This document shows, in pieces, positions 52,757 through 64,000 of a DNA stretch of 64,000 nt. Source of the stretch: Takakia lepidozioides (Eukaryota > Plantae > Bryophyta); the NCBI GenBank assembly GCA_030704615.1, contig CM060732.1, forward strand, positions 41,664,001 to 41,728,000, in the 5' to 3' direction. Below the pieces are notes generated by a model. It worked only from the letters and a program-made list of their open reading frames with translations, had not been told where the DNA came from and did not search any database. The translations under genes and the position numbers were made by a program. The stretch's first letter is position 1; every line of letters begins with the position of its first letter.

Positions 52757-55700
52757 GTAAATCTCGGCATCCCCTTCAATCCCAAAGAGATGTCATGCAC
52801 TGGCCTTACAAGCGTGGTACGAAGCACCTGCAGTGGAATAGAATGAAGGAAACAGACATTGAAGACACATTTGGAACGGTGGGAAGTGCTGAAAGTGCAA
52901 GCTCAAACAAACCTCATGAAATGTGAATGTTGAAGAGACGAACCTGTGCCCATTGACAAATGCAGAACTCTGGCGTCTGTGTAGGTGCAGCACTCCACAA
53001 TCGTTTGAATGAAAGCCGGGCTCCTCTCCCTCGCCCCTCTCCAAGGAACCCCATTCCCCCTTCGCAAGCACACGTTGTTGTCGACGTAGTTGTGGTGCAT
53101 GTCATCCGTGGGAGGATCTGTCCTCTCGTCTATGAACTTGCCCCATGAGTGATGGCGAACTCCCTAATGACGGCCGAAGTCGTAGGTGGATGCACTCGGA
53201 CGAGACAAACAGCTTCAAACAAACGAGTATGCGAACATGACATCCACAAGGAACTAAGAAGCTTCTAAACCAGGCCCCTACATATGAGTTTGAGCGACCT
53301 ATGCAACTCCATCCGAGAACCACCAAGAAGAGGAACAAGAAGGCAGATTTACCATCTCTCCCGGACCATCCCCCTTCGTCAGGTACATGCTGTTCACACA
53401 ATTCCATGTCTTCACGACCCTCATACCAGAGGCTTTCAAATAGCTGGCAAGTGCACGGTGACAGCGAAGGTCGATGGACTGGATGAGCACCAAAACACTT
53501 GCATCAGACACAAAGAAATTGCAAAAGGAGAAAACCCACCGCCAGTAGCGCTCATCAAAAGCATTCCAACCTGGACAAGCACCCGATGGAGGGACATCCG
53601 GGACTGGCAACCCATCAGGGATGTCCAAGATGATGAGTTCGGCTGCATATGGCTTCTCCTTCCCGTTCACCCAGGATTTGGTCATTTTAGCTTGCAAACA
53701 AGAATACAATGGAATGCTCAAGAGGATTGAAACGATCCATGCCCACAACATACAAGAAGCAAAAGACAACACGCACAGTGCCGAGGAACTCCACAATCCT
53801 CTCCCACACTGGTGATGGCTCGCCCTTGTAATCAGATTTCTTGGACTCCATCATGGCAAGGAACCCGACGTTGGCCATCTCCAACCTGGTAGGGCGAATG
53901 ACCCTCGTGGGATGCTCCACTGCATGGTACGGGTCCTTGGGATCAACCACCCACTTGTTCTTTCTCCCGGATCCCCTACCATGCGGTGGAGTCTGCTGGA
54001 CATGCACCACAGGGCCACTATCTGCAACACTTCCCTGCCCACCTACCTGCCCTTGTGCCCCTTTCCCCCTACCCCTTCCTTTCCCCACACCACCAGCAAC
54101 ATCATTTCCCTTTGCCTTTCTACCTCTACCCGGGGTATCCTGAGCGGGAGGCTCATTCTCTGCAAGAGTCCTCAAATTTCTATCATGAATGTCGAGGTCG
54201 GCTGCTACGGCGGTGGCTGCTATACGCTCATTCTCTCTCCTCAAAGACACCTCCCGAGCTAGGGTCTCAGAAGGAGGGCAATCCAAATACCAACCACAAG
54301 CAGAAAGATGGTCTGGGCCCCAGTCATGCAAGATCCCAGTAGTAAACATGGTCTGGTTGTCAGCAGGGACAAGCCAAAGGTCCACGAAATCAAGATGTTT
54401 GTCCAAGCAGTTCTCTTCCATGAGAACAACGTTTATGTACCTGCAGGAACAAAGACAGCCTCATTATGCAATGCAATTATTGTCTCTCAACTTTTCCATC
54501 ACACCAGGAAGACCCCCTAAAACAGTATGCGGCACAGTACATTGCAACCACCGCACACAAAGTAGCCTGAAGGGCCCAGGGTGTGCACCTTGGTGAAACT
54601 ACACAGGGATAGAACAAATGAGTGTGCGGCACCGCAAACTTATATGAGGCAGTCCAAAACAGGTTGGATGGAGGAGAGTGTGTATTTGCAAAACAAAGAA
54701 GCACAGTCCATTTTGCACCTGTAAAGGCATCGTTTCCAGGCTTCCTCTCCTTTCTCTTGCTGGTCAAGCTCATTTGTGTGACTGATGCCACCCTCCTTGC
54801 TGAACTCTCTAAAGAAACAAGATTGCCACATTGTGGCTCTCCATTTCCTCATGTATGCTTGGAAGGAGGTCTTCGGTGCTGTCATGGTGATGCCATAGTT
54901 AGCCAACTGAGTATGTAGGACCGACCGGGCCCTTTCTTCCAACTGGAAAACAATTCAAATGCAAGAATGAACCAAAAAACAATCACAGCCAATGTAACAG
55001 CCAATGGAAAGATAAGGACAGAAAACAAAAAGAAAGTGACACAGCAAAGGATATCATACTTGGCTCCAGTAAGTGGCCTTGTGAAGCCATGTGTCCAGCA
55101 CATTGTCACTGACAGGAATGACATGCTGGGTCTTCTTCTCTTTCTCCGGCCAGGGGAACATGTGGGTATCCCTAACAGTGGGATCGGAGTTCCATATCTG
55201 TAGCCACTTCACCTTCTATTCTGAAGACACAACGGCGGTAGACAACCTGTGTAACTTCTCCTGGGCCATCTCTGGCTTGCTTGGCTTGTTGTAATGGTTT
55301 TTCACCTCTAGAAGAAACTGCGATCTGAATGATGGGTTGGCAATTCTCAACTGCTTAACAAAAGCACTCATAATAGTCCTTCTTGTGGCGGTCATCTCTG
55401 TCTTGATGTGACTCTCAACCCCCTTTGTTGTCATTCTCTCTTCAGGGGTAGAGCTATAGTATTCCAGTTTGCCACACTCTCCTGCATCTGCAATGTCTTG
55501 CTGCAAGGGAATGCACGAGAGTTGAATCGACCCAAGGGCAAGGGAAACAAACAGAAACAAACATGTGGAAGCAGGAATATCAAAAGGCCAGATGGTGGAA
55601 GATGTATCTCACCGCGTACATAAACTCCATGAAAGCCTCACGGGTCAACGAGTACCACGTTTCTGATGTCTTGGAGCTTTCACACTTCTTGTATATCTCT

Positions 55701-56510
55701 GCTGAAAGGATGTTCTTGAAGTTGGTCAAGGGCATCTACCCGATCCTTTGTATCCTGTACAGTGTGTGAACCAGACTCGTTTTGACATGCGATGTCTCCG
55801 TCCCTCTTGAGAAAGATATGTGAAAGTCAGAATGAAAATGAAGAACCGTCAACAGAGGACTGGAGCAAAAGAACCACGGAACCACAACTGGAACATGTAG
55901 AATGAGAAACCAACCTGTTCACATCATTCATTGCCGTCAGAAGACCCATCATGTTCCCGTCACAATCCAGCACCATCGATCGAACAGAGTAATGCCACTC
56001 TTCCTCCTGTGAGTGCAGCCTCCCAATAACAGCCATCCATGCAAGCAACCGGTGGTTGCCATCCCATACGTGAAACATCTTCCTTGAGAATGCCTGGGTC
56101 GAATGTTTCCTGGAGAGAAGAAGTTCGAAGGATTCGTTCACCTGTCTCCAAATGGGATCCTAGGAGTCCACGATTGACTCATCCACAAGGAGCTCATTGC
56201 CTCTGGAATCCTTTGTAGAAACGTAGAAGACTGCGGATCCATCCAAATACCCATGAACAAACTTGGCCTCCAGCTTCAGGATGTCCTTGATGAGGGGTGG
56301 ACGAACGATGGGCATGGAAACCAACCTACACAGGGGGATCTTCAACCTCCCACCCGGGGCAAGCATACTTTGCACCACAAGCTGAGAGTTTACCTTCTGA
56401 CCCCCCAACATCTCAGCGGCTTTGCTTTCATAGAACTCATCGTCCACATCAGCAATGATATCCTTCCCCTCCCCCGAGGGGTTCTCATCCGCCACCATTT
56501 GCATCTTCTC
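52757..56510 (-). pseudogene. Second, decayed copy of the ParB-MTase gene (exons 2-9, 3' truncated)
   Basis: Same peptides (WDGNHRLLAW, ELIILDIPDG, ERSPAFIQTIVECC, LSMGTG) and same intron positions. Premature stops such as TGG>TAG at ~56160. Fused to PPR debris at ~52755. Confidence 0.92.
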
Positions 56511-56619
56511 CTACACGGTTGTTCATTCAAACTGATATAAGAGAGAGGCAAGAACAGATGGTGTTTTGAGCATGGTAGGTAGGCCCGATGTGGCCCAATT
56601 TCACATGAGAAAACAAGCA

Positions 56620-58585
56620 TTGTGCGGGCCAAAAACAATGTGCGTTGCCGCACACTGTTTGAGCTTCCACTACTGGGTGATTTGAACATGGCACACTGGC
56701 CATGAGTGGTCTATTTTCAAATCTAAAATCAGGCAGAGAGTGGGGAACAGACAGTGTGCGTTGTTGCACACTGCTTGAGCTTCCAAATAGGGGTGTTTTC
56801 AACATGACATTAGGCCCTATGTGACACATTTCCACATATAAAAACATGCAAAGAGGGGGCCACACATTGTTCGTTCTTCCAACTATGGGTGTTTTGAGCA
56901 TCCATGCTGGCAGTGTTTCAACCAATTTCACATCAAAAAAACAAGCAGAGATGGGGCCCAAAACATTTGAGTTTCCAATAAGGGGTGGTTTGAACATGGC
57001 ATAGTGGCCCTATTCTGACGATTTTCAAATAAAAAAACAGGCAGTGAAGGGGGCACAAACAGTGGCCCCTGTGTGCACGATTTTCAAATGAAAAAAACAA
57101 TGCCAAGGGGGGCTCAAACAGTGTGCGTCAACGCACACTGTTTGAGCTGCCACATAAATGTCGATTGAACCTGACAGAGATGCCATTTCTGGCCGTTATA
57201 AAAAAGAGAAACAAGGCAAAAAACAAGGCAAAATGGGGGCTCAAGCAGTGTGCGTTGCCGCACATTGTTTGAGCTTCCAAATAGGGGTGGAATGAACATT
57301 ACAGAGAGGCCCCTGTGTGAACGATTTTCATATGAAAAAAACAATGACAAGGGGGGCTCAAACAGTGTGCGTCAACGCACACTGTTTGAGCTGCCACGTA
57401 AGTGTGGATTGAGCCTGATAGAGATGCCATTTCTGGCCGTTTTGAACAAGAAAAACAAGGCAAAAGCAAGGCAAAATGGGGGTTCAGATAGTGTGCGTTG
57501 CCGCACACTGTTAGAGCTTCCAAAGAGGGGTGGAATGAACCTTACAGAGAGGCCCCTGTGTGCACAATTTTCACATGAAAAAAACAAGCAAAAAAGGGGG
57601 CTCAAACAGTGTGCGTCAACGCACACTGTCTGAGCTTCCAATAAGGGCTGATTTGAACTTAGCATAGTGGCTATGAGTGGCCGATTTTCAAATCAAAAAA
57701 CAGGCACTGAAGGGGGCACACAGTTTGAGCTTCCTGATAGGAGTGGAATGAACCTTACAGAGAGGCCCCTGTGTGCACGATTTTCAAATGAAACAAACAA
57801 TGAGAAAGGGGGCTGAAATAGTGTGCGTTCCTGCACAATGTTTTAGCTTCCAATAAACGGTGGATTGAACATGCGAGAGTGGCCCTTTGTGCAAGATTTC
57901 CACACCAAAAAACATGGCAAAGGGGGGCTCAAACAGTGTGCGTTGACGCACACTGTTTGAGCTGCCACTTAAGTGTGGATTCAGCCTGTTAGAGATGCCA
58001 AATGTGGCCGACTTTTACATGAATTACACGATGAGAAGGGGGGCTCAAACAGTGTGCGTTGACCCACACTGTTTGAGCTGCCAGCTAATTGTGGTTGTAC
58101 CTCAAAAAACATGCCCTATGTGGTCGATTTTAACATGAAACAAACAAAAAGAAGGGGGGCTCAAACAGTGTGCGTTGACGCACACTGTTTGAGCTGCCAC
58201 TTATGTGTGGATTCAGCCTGTCCAAGATGCCATTTGTGGTCGATTTTTACATCAATTAAACAACGAGAAGGGGGGCTCAAACAGTGTACGTTGACGCACA
58301 TTGTTTGAGCTGCTAGGTAATTGTGGTTGAACCTCCAAACAAATGCCCTATGTTGCAGATTTTGACATGAAACAAACAATAAGAAGGGGGGCTCAAACAG
58401 TGTGCGTTGACGCACACTGTTTGAGCTGCCAGCTAATTGTGGTTGTACCTCAAAAGACATGCCTTATGTGGCCGATTTTGCCATGAAAAAAAAAAGAAAA
58501 AAAAAAGGCTCAAACAATGTGCGTTGACGCACACTGTTTGAGCTGCCACTTAAGTGTGGATTCAGCCTGTCCAAGATGCCATTTT
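56620..58585 (-). repeat. Diverged palindrome array of copy 2 (116-127-bp period)
   Basis: GCTCAAACAGTGTGCG-N4-CGCACACTGTTTGAGC at 57112, 57239, 57356, 57482, 57600, 57927, 58043, 58159, 58275, 58391 and 58508. Confidence 0.93.
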
Positions 58586-58735
58586 TGGTTACATGCCATA
58601 GCAACCCTTGTTGCAAACGTCAAACTGGAGAGCTCTAGAGGCAGCGTGGGGAGCCCTTGTTTCCACCGGAGGAGGAAGATAAGGAAGTCGTTACACTTCA
58701 CGAGCACTAGGGACAGGAATAGAGCCAGATATGGA

Positions 58736-59044
58736 ATGAGGATGGAAAAAGTAGACGAAGAGGTAAAAGAGGAAGAAGAGTGCAAAGAGGAAAGTCTGGC
58801 GATGGAAGAGCAGGATTCTGGAGAAGAACAACAGCCCGCCATACTTCCAAGAACTGGTGAGGAGGAGACTGCATCCGAGGGAGAGACGGACGCCGAAGAT
58901 GATGTTGATGCTGGCCTCACGAAGAACCAGATAGTGGAAAAGAGGATGGGGGAGATGCTCCAGAACATGCTCGGCGTAGAGAGCAGTCCGAAGCGCAAAG
59001 GGTCTCCAGCGATTGGGAAGTCTTCTGGAGCACCCAAGAAAAAG
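58736..59044 (+). pseudogene. Exon 1 (acidic/basic) of ParB-MTase copy 2, inside an inverted block
   Basis: MRMEKVDEE...KKK|GTACAA is homologous to 18000-18311 with the same phase-0 donor, but on the opposite strand to its downstream exons. Confidence 0.85.
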
Positions 59045-59072
59045 GTACAAGTGATGTCCAAACCTACTTGGA

Positions 59073-60489
59073 AGCTCAAACAGAGTGCGGCAACGCACAC
59101 TGTTTGAGACCCACATTTGTGCTTCATTTTTTATGTGAAAATCGGCCACTTTGGGCCTCTCTGTCTGGTTCAATTCACCACTGACTGGAATGACAATCAG
59201 TGTGCGGCAACGCACAAAGTTTCAGACCCCACTTGTGCTTGTCTTTTTGATATGAAAATCGCCTATATACGGCATCTTTCTCTGGTTCAATCCACCCGTA
59301 TTAAGAAGCACAAACAGTGTGTGGCAACGCCGGCCGCTTGAGCCCCAACTTTGTGCTTGTTTTTTGATACAAAAATTGGCCCCAAAACGGGCCTGTCTGT
59401 CTGGTTCAATCCTCCACTATTTGAGCCCCCCTTCTCATTGTTTTTTTCATATGAAAATCGTGCACACAGGGGCCTCTCTGTAAGGTTCATTCCACCCCCA
59501 CTTGGAAGCTCAAACAGTGTGTGGCAACGCACACTGTTTGAGCCCCCACTTGACATTATGTTTTCATGTTAAAATCGGCCACAAAGGGCAACTCTGTCAA
59601 GTTCAATCCATACTTACCTGGCAGCTCAAACAGTGTGCGTCAACGCACACTATTTTAGCCCCCCTTTTGCCTTGGTTTTTGGTGTGGAAATCATGCACAC
59701 AGGGCCACTCAGGCAGGTTGAATCCACACTTAGCTGGAAGCTGCACACTGTTTGAGCCCCCTTCTCATTGTTTGTTTCAAGTCAAAATCTGCAACATAGG
59801 ACATTTGCTTTGAGGTTCAACCACAATTACCTAGTAGCTCAAACAGTGTGCGTCAACGCACACTGTTTGAGCCCCCCCATCTCATAGTTTAATTCATGTA
59901 AAAATCGACCACAAATGGCATCTTGGACAGGCTGAATCCACACATAAGTGGCAGCTCAAACAGTGTGCGTCAACGCACACTGTTTGAGCCCCCCTTCTTT
60001 TTGTTTGTTTCATGTTAAAATTGGCCACATAGGGCATATCTTTTGAGGTACAACCACAATTAGTTGGTAGCTCAAACAGTGTGCGTCAACGCACACTGTT
60101 TGAGCCCCCCTTCTCATTGTTTGTTTCATGTCAAAATTTGCAACATAGGGCATTTGTTTTGAGGTTCAACCACAATTACCTGGCAGCTCAAACAGTATGC
60201 ATCAACGCACACTGTTTGAGCCCCCCATCTCGTTGTTTAATTCATGTAAAAATCGACCACAAATGGCATCTTGGACAGGCTGAATCCACACTTAAGTAGC
60301 AGCTCAAACAGTTTGCGTCAACGCACACTGTTTGAGCCCCCCTTCTTTTTGTTTGTTTCATGTTAAAATCGGCCACATAGGGCATGTCTTTTGAGGTACA
60401 ACCACAATTAGTTGGTAGCTCAAACAGTGTGCGTCAACGCACACTGTTTGAGCCCCCCATCTCGTTGTTTAATTCATGTAAAAATCGAC
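59073..60489 (+). repeat. Inverted continuation of the copy-2 palindrome array
   Basis: Palindromes at 59837, 59953, 60070, 60186, 60302 and 60418 (period 116-117) with alternating spacer types. Confidence 0.93.
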
Positions 60490-62319
60490 GACAATACGCC
60501 AAGTCTCTTATGCTGGTAACAGAGACACCATAATTTACACTTCCTTCACAAGGCGACAACATCCTTCCTTCCTTATCTGATGTTTTTTCAACAGTCAGGA
60601 TTGCGTCTGGGGATGCAGATTATCTGCCAAGTTGATATGTAGACACATGACTATTTGAATTGTTCCGTAATCCATGAGCTGTTGTTTCAGCCGGAAACCG
60701 TTCCTTTCATGCTCATTTCGGCCGGCGGCCGTTCCTTTCATGATCATTCCATCCGGGAGCTCTCCTGCTTGAAGTGAGGCAATGGCCAGGCAGAAGGTGA
60801 TCACTTCATATAACGGGAACCATGGAGGTTCGAATATGTCATGGTTGATACGTTAAATCCGGTAATTGTCTTACGCCGCGCTGCATACGCGGCCAGTCAC
60901 TCTTATGCTGGTAACAGAGACACAATAATTCACGCCTCCTTTCAATCCTTTGGTCATTTTTTTGTTTTTGCATTGTAATCGACTAACTCACTCGTGGCGG
61001 CAAGTCACTGTCGAATATTTATTTTATTTTGAGAATTTTATTTTGACATGAAAAATATTCCCAAAGATGCTTTATTATCATTCTCAAAGTTATTTAATTT
61101 CACAAAACCAATTTCCAAAATTTTCAACAATCTTTGAAATATTAAAATTTGTGTCGAAATTGCCAAGCTACATACTACTGTAATCGGCACTGTTTCCAAG
61201 CATAGAGCCGTGGATGGATGATATGATGTCACGGAATGGATGTTGTATGCTGGATGGAATATAGTACGTGGCGCCGTCAGCCGTCAGGCGAGGTTCGCGC
61301 TTGGTTCTTCGGACACGTGTGCCATCACTGTTGCGTGACAGCCGATGGATGTGGGAAGTACGCACTGACACGTGTCTGTAGATCAGAGCAATACATCGAT
61401 GGATGTAAAGTTTTCAACGGGTCATATTTTCAACGATCCAACTATGCCCGGGTTGCCACACACGTGGCGGTTAGGACGCCGTTACAGAAGGTGGGGCAGG
61501 CTGACCGCGGTTAGTTGCACGACGGTAGCGTCGACGAATAAGCTTAGTACGTCGTCGTCGCCCACCGTCCATAAAGCACCCACACGTGGCGATACCCACA
61601 CACCAGAACCGAAATAATCTTCGTTGTATTATTTTCTTATTTTTCCAGCTCGCTAAAAGATCTCGTAAAGTCCGGAGATTTGAACGAGATTATATATAAA
61701 ATAATAGAAATAAATAAATGTGTACGGGCATACTTTTAAGGATATTATATCTATGCGTATATATATAAGATATACATGATTTTAACGAGATTTTCTTAGG
61801 GTGATTGGCGGGAAAAAATAAGAAAATAATAAAACGATTGCCTCGGTCCCAATTGGCTTCGACAGGCCTAAGAATATGGCATTTTGTCGCATTTGACACG
61901 GATGAATTATACATTCTTCTCTTCATCCACACAGTCATCCACAATCATGCAAGGAATTGGATAATGTCTAACATATTCTAACACTATTTTAACTGGAAAT
62001 CCGATTGATTGACCAAGATCATATTATAAAAATAACAGAAAATATATAATTAATTATTTTATATAGTTTCCCATTTTTTAACAGTTTTCTCCGAATAATA
62101 AGTAAACAGAATAAAATCGAAAAGCTCAGGCTGTTGGGCTCGTGGGAATAGGTAATCAACGAGTTTTTGTAGCCAGCGATCGGTTGTGATTGGGCTATCT
62201 TTACTCTCTTGGGATTTGTTTATTATTATTAATAACGATAAATATATTAGTTTGCGGATCTGACAGGCATCTGCCGGGGTTCGGCGCCGCGTAACTGACG
62301 GCGCCGGTCGCCGGTCGTG

Positions 62320-63465
62320 TATGCATAAAGCCCTGGCGTTCGCGTTCTGTCTCGCAGATCCTCTCCAGCATTCAAGCGTTGGACATCGCAGCGACTGTAA
62401 TTGCTGCCGCCATTCTGCTCCACCTAGGGTATATTGTTCCGATTCATCTCCAGGGGTACCTCCTTTGTAGTGATCTACAAGGGGGACTCGAAATCAGTCC
62501 GGCATCCAGTGATGGAATAAGTTTAGTGGAATGCAGTACGGAGGTTTGTTGTGTTTAATGAACGGCTGGCAAGAGCCACGAAAAATAACCCTGCGCAGCC
62601 TAAATTCTGTTTGTGCTGGCGACGAGCTGCTGGGAGTGAGCGTTTTCTGGCCTGAACTCCGTTTTTATCTCGCAACTTCGTGACCGATCACTTTCGCAAT
62701 CAGTCAGATCAGATCTTGTGGGAAGTTGTGTATCCGCAGTGTACGCTCGTGTACACCCTGAATGAAAGGTGATGTTCTGGTTGCAAGTGTGCTCGCTGTG
62801 ATGAGCTGGTGATTATGCACTGTTCTTGCGTGGTACATGCTGTCCAAGGGCTGACTGAATGTCTGTGGAAGTCGGCTTCGAATCTGGAGGGAGAAAGGCC
62901 TTTTCAGACCTGTGTTCGCTCTTAGAAGGACTATTCCTGTGACTCCATATCGGCGGCAGGGCGTGCTTGAGGCAAGAGAAGGGTCGTATGAAGGGATGCC
63001 GTCTGGTCTTGTTATTTGAGAAGAGATTGGATTCACTTTACCTCAAGAGGCATAGAGGTAGGGAAATTCTCAAGATTAGCGCATTGTATTATCTCAATTA
63101 CTGCGCGTTTGTATTTGCAGGCATAGATTTAGATGCTGTTCTGTTCCCTCATTGGTATAACCAGTCTTCTTGGAATGGTCGGAAAAGTGCCCCGCAGTCC
63201 AGAGACACCTAGAGAGTATCAGTGGGAGACATATTCTACTGTGGTAAAGACAGGAATCAAGAAAGAAAGGAAGGGAGGAAGGACGGGGTTTCGATATAGC
63301 GTCACTGAGATAACGTGCGGAAGAAAAGCGGGGGACAGAGAGACATCTGCAATACTTTATGATTGTGCTTGTCTTGATATCTGGTGTGGTTTGGTGATTT
63401 TTGCAGGTCCTAGTGATGATCGGTCTACAAAAAGATCTAAAACGTACCTTGTGAGGCACGTTGGT
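62320..63465 (+). other. Possible promoter and 5' exons of an unidentified host gene
   Basis: TATA-like CATAAA at ~62324 after a GC-rich patch; candidate exons bounded by GCAG|GCAT (63121), GTG|GTAAAG, TTGCAG|GTCC and CTT|GTGAGG. No recognisable domain. Confidence 0.25.
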
Positions 63466-64000
63466 CACAGTGTTCCTTGCCAGAGAGGACATTGTAGTGG
63501 AAGGACAAGGACATCTCCTAGATTAGTTATACCACGAAAGAAACAGTTGATAACCTGCTACTCAAGAATTCGCATAGGTATTCTGTTGGCAATGCAGACA
63601 TGAGGCGTTGTCATATATTCGTTTGAAGTCTATACAGTTGCTGTGCTTTTGTATGTTAAGAGACATCGATCACTTTCTGGATTGTAGTTTGATTAATGTA
63701 TGCTCTGTGCTCACCAGTTCAAGCAGTTTCAACTGATGCAGCATTTGCCTTTCCAGATTTGCTTGCAAGTATTATTATTCCTGATTGATCCAGCACGAGT
63801 TGTACACATACTGTTTATGGGGAACACCGTCTTCTGCATACAGTAGAAAGGCTTCAATTCACATCTTTAAATTTACCAGTCAAAGTGCGTAGGAGTGTCT
63901 CATTAGCTATACATCCCTCAGCAGAAGGAAATGGAAGGACCACGCATGCCCCAAATAGTAGAGACTTCAGCATCCAGTATTGTTGGCAGAGTGGTGGTGG

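Overview
Plant nuclear DNA, probably from a seed-free land plant such as a hornwort, other bryophyte or lycophyte (inferred from the PLS-class PPR motifs, the intron style and a SYP2 syntaxin). Two intact host genes sit at the left: a Qa-SNARE with an intronless CDS and a membrane-anchored SGNH/PC-esterase-like protein. The rest is mostly a nest of transposons. A decayed Ty3/Gypsy element carries a C5 cytosine methyltransferase between its protease and RT. A 14.9-kb Mutator-type element (13075-28018) has inserted into it, with a 9-bp TSD ACCTATCGC and only vestigial TIRs. Also present are a piggyBac pseudogene, PPR fragments in a large inverted duplication, LINE remnants and a second MULE. The main discovery is the cargo of the 14.9-kb MULE. 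Opposite the GCM-like/DDE/SWIM transposase it carries a 10-exon gene of about 1,130 aa, fusing a ParB/Srx-like domain to a beta-class N4C/N6A DNA-methyltransferase-like domain. The first intron of that gene holds about 42 tandem 116-bp units, each with a ~36-bp palindrome. A second, decayed and partly inverted copy (52.7-60.5 kb) keeps the exon structure, the palindrome and the 116-bp period while the spacers have diverged. This suggests a ParB/parS-like, self-targeting DNA-binding or DNA-modifying module on a plant transposon; the function is inferred, not demonstrated. All domain calls come from motif recognition by eye; no database searches were run.
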